DNA of 64,000 nucleotides. Origin: Octopus bimaculoides. Lineage: Eukaryota. This document shows, one piece after another, positions 63,039-64,000 of the stretch. The stretch spans positions 70,715,285 to 70,779,284 of the forward strand of contig NC_068984.1 in assembly GCF_001194135.2 (NCBI RefSeq), written 5' to 3'. A program made the translations under genes and the position numbers. Under the pieces are notes generated by a model. That model saw only the letters and a list, made by a program, of their open reading frames with translations. It did no database searches and had not been told where the DNA came from. Within the stretch, counting starts at the first letter, position 1. Every line of letters starts with the position of its first letter.

Positions 63039-63667
63039 TTAGAAAATTACTATTTGTAAATCTCACAATGAGAGATATTCAGCAACAGTACTTTGGAGTA
63101 AAGATTATTTGCCAACAGAACATAGCAGTCCTGGTTTAGGACGAATGTTGCTGTATTTTAGCCCCAGGAGACAGCGTCTCCAGCTGGCTATATGACATAA
63201 TGTATGTCCTTATATTTTCGAACAAGGGAATCCAGCACCCCAACTCAGTTCAAAACAATATTTGTGTATCGTGATTTCAGGGTTATTTCCCTTTATCAGC
63301 ACAGAATTATTGTTCAGCTAGAGGTGACGCTGCCAAATTTCCATTTGAAATATATAGTTTTCAAAGTGACAACTAGTCACTGATCTATAAATTAGAAAAT
63401 TACTATTTGTAAATCTCACAACGAGAGATTTTCAGCAACAGTACTTTGGAGTAAAGATTACAGCAACATTCGTCCTAAACCAGGACTGCTATGTTATGTT
63501 GGCAAATAATCTTTACTCCATAGTATTGTTGCTGAATATTTCTCAATATAAGGACACAGATCATGTTGTATAGCCAGCTGGAGATGATGTCTCCTGGGGC
63601 TAAATCACAGCAACATTCGTCCGAAACCAGGACTTCCATGTTAGGTTGGCAAATAACCTTTACTCCA
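63039..63667 (-). mobile_element. Array of a 353-bp hammerhead-bearing repeat: monomer, 69-bp head-to-tail repeat, two inverted partial copies
   Basis: 63039-63107 and 63392-63460 are near-identical direct repeats. 63461-63544 is the reverse complement of about 63071-63153, and 63545-63667 is the reverse complement of about 63094-63216. Confidence 0.85.
63263..63303 (-). ncRNA. Type I hammerhead motif, G8>A defective
   Basis: UGUG-CUGAUAA-AGGG(AAAUAA)CCCU-GAAA-UCACGA-UA-CACA. Confidence 0.65.
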
Positions 63668-64000
63668 TTTTAGTATTTGTTGAGTATTGAGGGTGACTAA
63701 ATCAACTGTTCTTTCTCCACAAAAACAAAACAAACAAAAAACACCTGGCCTTGAATCTACACTGGCCAAAATAAGTTTAATACCGATGATGACAGTTCTA
63801 TTCCTTCATTAATATATCTTCAACAAAACTGTATAAAATTATTTTACTTTTGACAGTTTATGTAGAATTTGTTCCTCTCTTGAATGATATAGGCGTTATA
63901 TATCTTTCTACAATTTGAATAATTTTAATGTGCAATTAATTCAAATGATTAGAAATTGTTGGCAAAATAAGTTTAAGTTTAAGACCATACCAAAATTATG

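Noticed and set aside
63039-63667. Repeat array as CRISPR
   Set aside because: The context is eukaryotic, the units are long and partly inverted, and there are no unique spacers or cas genes.

Overview
AT-rich, microsatellite-dense eukaryotic DNA. The SINE, RTE and Penelope repeat content looks like a coleoid cephalopod, probably Octopus; this is recognition from memory, not a database result. There are 11 assembly gaps, mostly beside (TA)n: 5215-5310, 15335-15446, 27369-27385, 34229-34319, 40114-40123, 40389-41039, 45844-46526, 50150-50280, 52647-52689, 55693-55988 and 61501-61808. No intact host gene could be assembled. The window looks intronic or intergenic, with only a few weak exon candidates. 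Most recognisable sequence is decayed transposons: an L1/Tx1-like LINE 5' half, RTE LINEs (one with a PHD finger inside the RT region), R4/Dong and HERO-like RLE LINEs, several Penelope-like GIY-YIG fragments, mariner/hAT/piggyBac-type DNA elements and many SINEs. The most interesting signal is RNA structure. Seven hammerhead ribozyme (HHR) motifs can be folded by hand, and two retain the whole catalytic core (5402-5460 on +, 47695-47736 on -). Two divergent copies of a small, highly structured HHR-bearing element (5311-5610 and 63039-63460) share hairpins with compensatory changes. The second copy is a 353-bp monomer followed by a head-to-tail partial repeat, as expected of a retrozyme-like element with a circular RNA intermediate. 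Decayed repeat boundaries are approximate; motif coordinates were counted by hand.
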